Shown here: positions 30,665 to 32,000 of the stretch, one piece after another
How positions within the stretch are numbered: position 1 is the first letter of the stretch
Layout: each line of letters starts with the position of its first letter
Assembly: GCF_900187275.1 (NCBI RefSeq)
Contig: NZ_LT906458.1
Span: 1,170,001-1,202,000, forward strand
Direction: 5' to 3'
DNA length: 32,000 bases
DNA from: Pasteurella multocida
GTDB taxonomy: Bacteria > Pseudomonadota > Gammaproteobacteria > Enterobacterales > Pasteurellaceae
Program-made: the position numbers and the translations under genes
The notes under the pieces: model-generated
Seen by the model: only the letters and a program-made list of their open reading frames with translations
Told to the model about the DNA's origin: nothing
Databases searched by the model: none

Positions 30665-31945
30665 TCAAAACTCTGAACCTACTTTCTTTGCAATTTTTTT
30701 CATTCCAGACCAAAGGGAACCAAAAAAACCACTTTCATTACTATAAGCATCATTAATTGGGCTTTCATCATTGCTACTATATTCATACTGTAATAAGCCA
30801 AGTACTGTAGAATATTGCGGTTTTTTCTCTACGAGATGAGTAACCCCAGTAATATTGAGTGGATTACCAATACGTACATGCAAACCAAATACATCCGTTG
30901 CACATTCTTTCAAGTCTTTAATTTGCGCGCCACCGCCGGTGATAACAATACCCGCGATTAACTCAAATTTCATTTGTTTACTTTCTAAATCATATTTAAG
31001 CTGAATGAGTTCTTCTTTGACTAATTCAAGAATCTCACGATAACGCCCCGCGGTAACATTAGATAAACGTGTTTTTGAACAACGCTCAATCACACTGCCA
31101 TCAATACTCATGACATCAAATTGTTCTTCTGGGTTTTGTCTTGGTGGTGTCACCGCACTACCGTATTTGACTTTAATATTCTCAGCTTCAACACGAGAGG
31201 TTGTTAAATCATATGCAATATCATCAGTCACACGATTGCCAGCATAAGGGATGACTTTACTAAAACGTAATGCGCCATTGGTATACACCATCACTTCCAT
31301 AGTACCTGCACCAAAATCAATCAAGCACACCCCTAAATCTTTCTCATCTTCAGTTAACACCGAATGGCTTGTTGCAATTCCAGAGAAAATCACTTTGTCA
31401 ATTTTCAGTTTACAGCGTTCAACCGCTTGACGTAAGTTATTTAGCCAATCCTGGTGGCAAGCAATTAAATGCACATTAGAAGTTAAACGACCACCTTGAA
31501 AACCCAGTGGATTTTTAATATTTTTTTGCTGATCAACGGCATATTCTTGTGGCAAACGATGCAACACCACTAATCCTTCTGGCATTTTGATTGAACTCGC
31601 TGTATGCAAGGCCGCATCAATATCTTCTTGTGTCACTTCTGTATCTGCAATCGGCGCAGCACCACTGTCATTCCAACTTTGGATATGTTGACCAGTTATC
31701 GCTAACGTAACACTAATAATTTCACAATCTGCCACCGACTCTGCTAATTCAATCGCTCTTTGTACTGAAGTCACAACCGCATTTAAATCGGTAATATTGC
31801 CCTTATCAATGCCTTTAGCAGGACAACTGCCTACTCCTAGAATATTCACTACGCCATCAGGTAAAAGTTCACCGACTAAAGCCACGACTTTAGATGTCCC
31901 CACCTCTAATCCAACAATAATTTTTGATTCCACAATTTTTGCCAT
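30665..31945 (-). CDS. ftsA: Cell division protein FtsA
   Basis: [31 protein letters not shown]; [23 protein letters not shown]. The start is refined to 31945. Confidence 0.96.
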   Translation of the reverse strand: MAKIVESKIIVGLEVGTSKVVALVGELLPDGVVNILGVGSCPAKGIDKGNITDLNAVVTSVQRAIELAESVADCEIISVTLAITGQHIQSWNDSGAAPIADTEVTQEDIDAALHTASSIKMPEGLVVLHRLPQEYAVDQQKNIKNPLGFQGGRLTSNVHLIACHQDWLNNLRQAVERCKLKIDKVIFSGIATSHSVLTEDEKDLGVCLIDFGAGTMEVMVYTNGALRFSKVIPYAGNRVTDDIAYDLTTSRVEAENIKVKYGSAVTPPRQNPEEQFDVMSIDGSVIERCSKTRLSNVTAGRYREILELVKEELIQLKYDLESKQMKFELIAGIVITGGGAQIKDLKECATDVFGLHVRIGNPLNITGVTHLVEKKPQYSTVLGLLQYEYSSNDESPINDAYSNESGFFGSLWSGMKKIAKKVGSEF

Positions 31946-31970
31946 TTTTATCACTTTACATCGTCTAAAA

Positions 31971-32000
31971 CTAATTTATGTCAGCCTCTGAAAATCCTAC
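31971..32000 (-). CDS. ftsQ: Probable 3' end of ftsQ (only 10 codons visible)
   Basis: On the minus strand a frame runs in from the window edge (VGFSEADIN-stop) immediately upstream of ftsA, as expected from dcw gene order. Confidence 0.5.
   Translation of the reverse strand, partial: VGFSEADIN

Overview
This window is a chromosomal segment from a gammaproteobacterium. It is most likely a Pasteurellaceae member (Pasteurella/Haemophilus-like), based on many copies of the Hin-type DNA uptake signal AAGTGCGGT/ACCGCACTT, the gene content, and a Pasteurellaceae-type FtsZ. It is almost entirely conserved core or housekeeping sequence. Left to right it contains: 3' part of rnb; murA-ibaG-mlaBCDEF (minus strand); lptC-lptA-lptB-ptsN-rapZ (plus); xseA, roxA, rnfH, ratA (minus); pth-ychF (plus); an APC-family antiporter; a nitroreductase-family protein; a solitary M20 amidohydrolase (minus); ytfJ (minus); yjdM (plus); a 71-aa secreted excalibur-like protein (minus); the complete ribose operon rbsDACB-K-R (plus); pheA (minus); a yqhD-like alcohol dehydrogenase (minus); and lpxC-ftsZ-ftsA-'ftsQ (minus). 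I found no mobile element, CRISPR array, phage, RNA gene or candidate novel defence or biosynthetic system. The observations worth a second look are moderate: FtsZ with an extra segment and a divergent C-terminal peptide, hairpins built from paired uptake signals, a readable CRP/promoter/RbsR-operator architecture with internal hairpins in the rbs locus, the small Cys-rich excalibur-like protein, and an isolated amidohydrolase.
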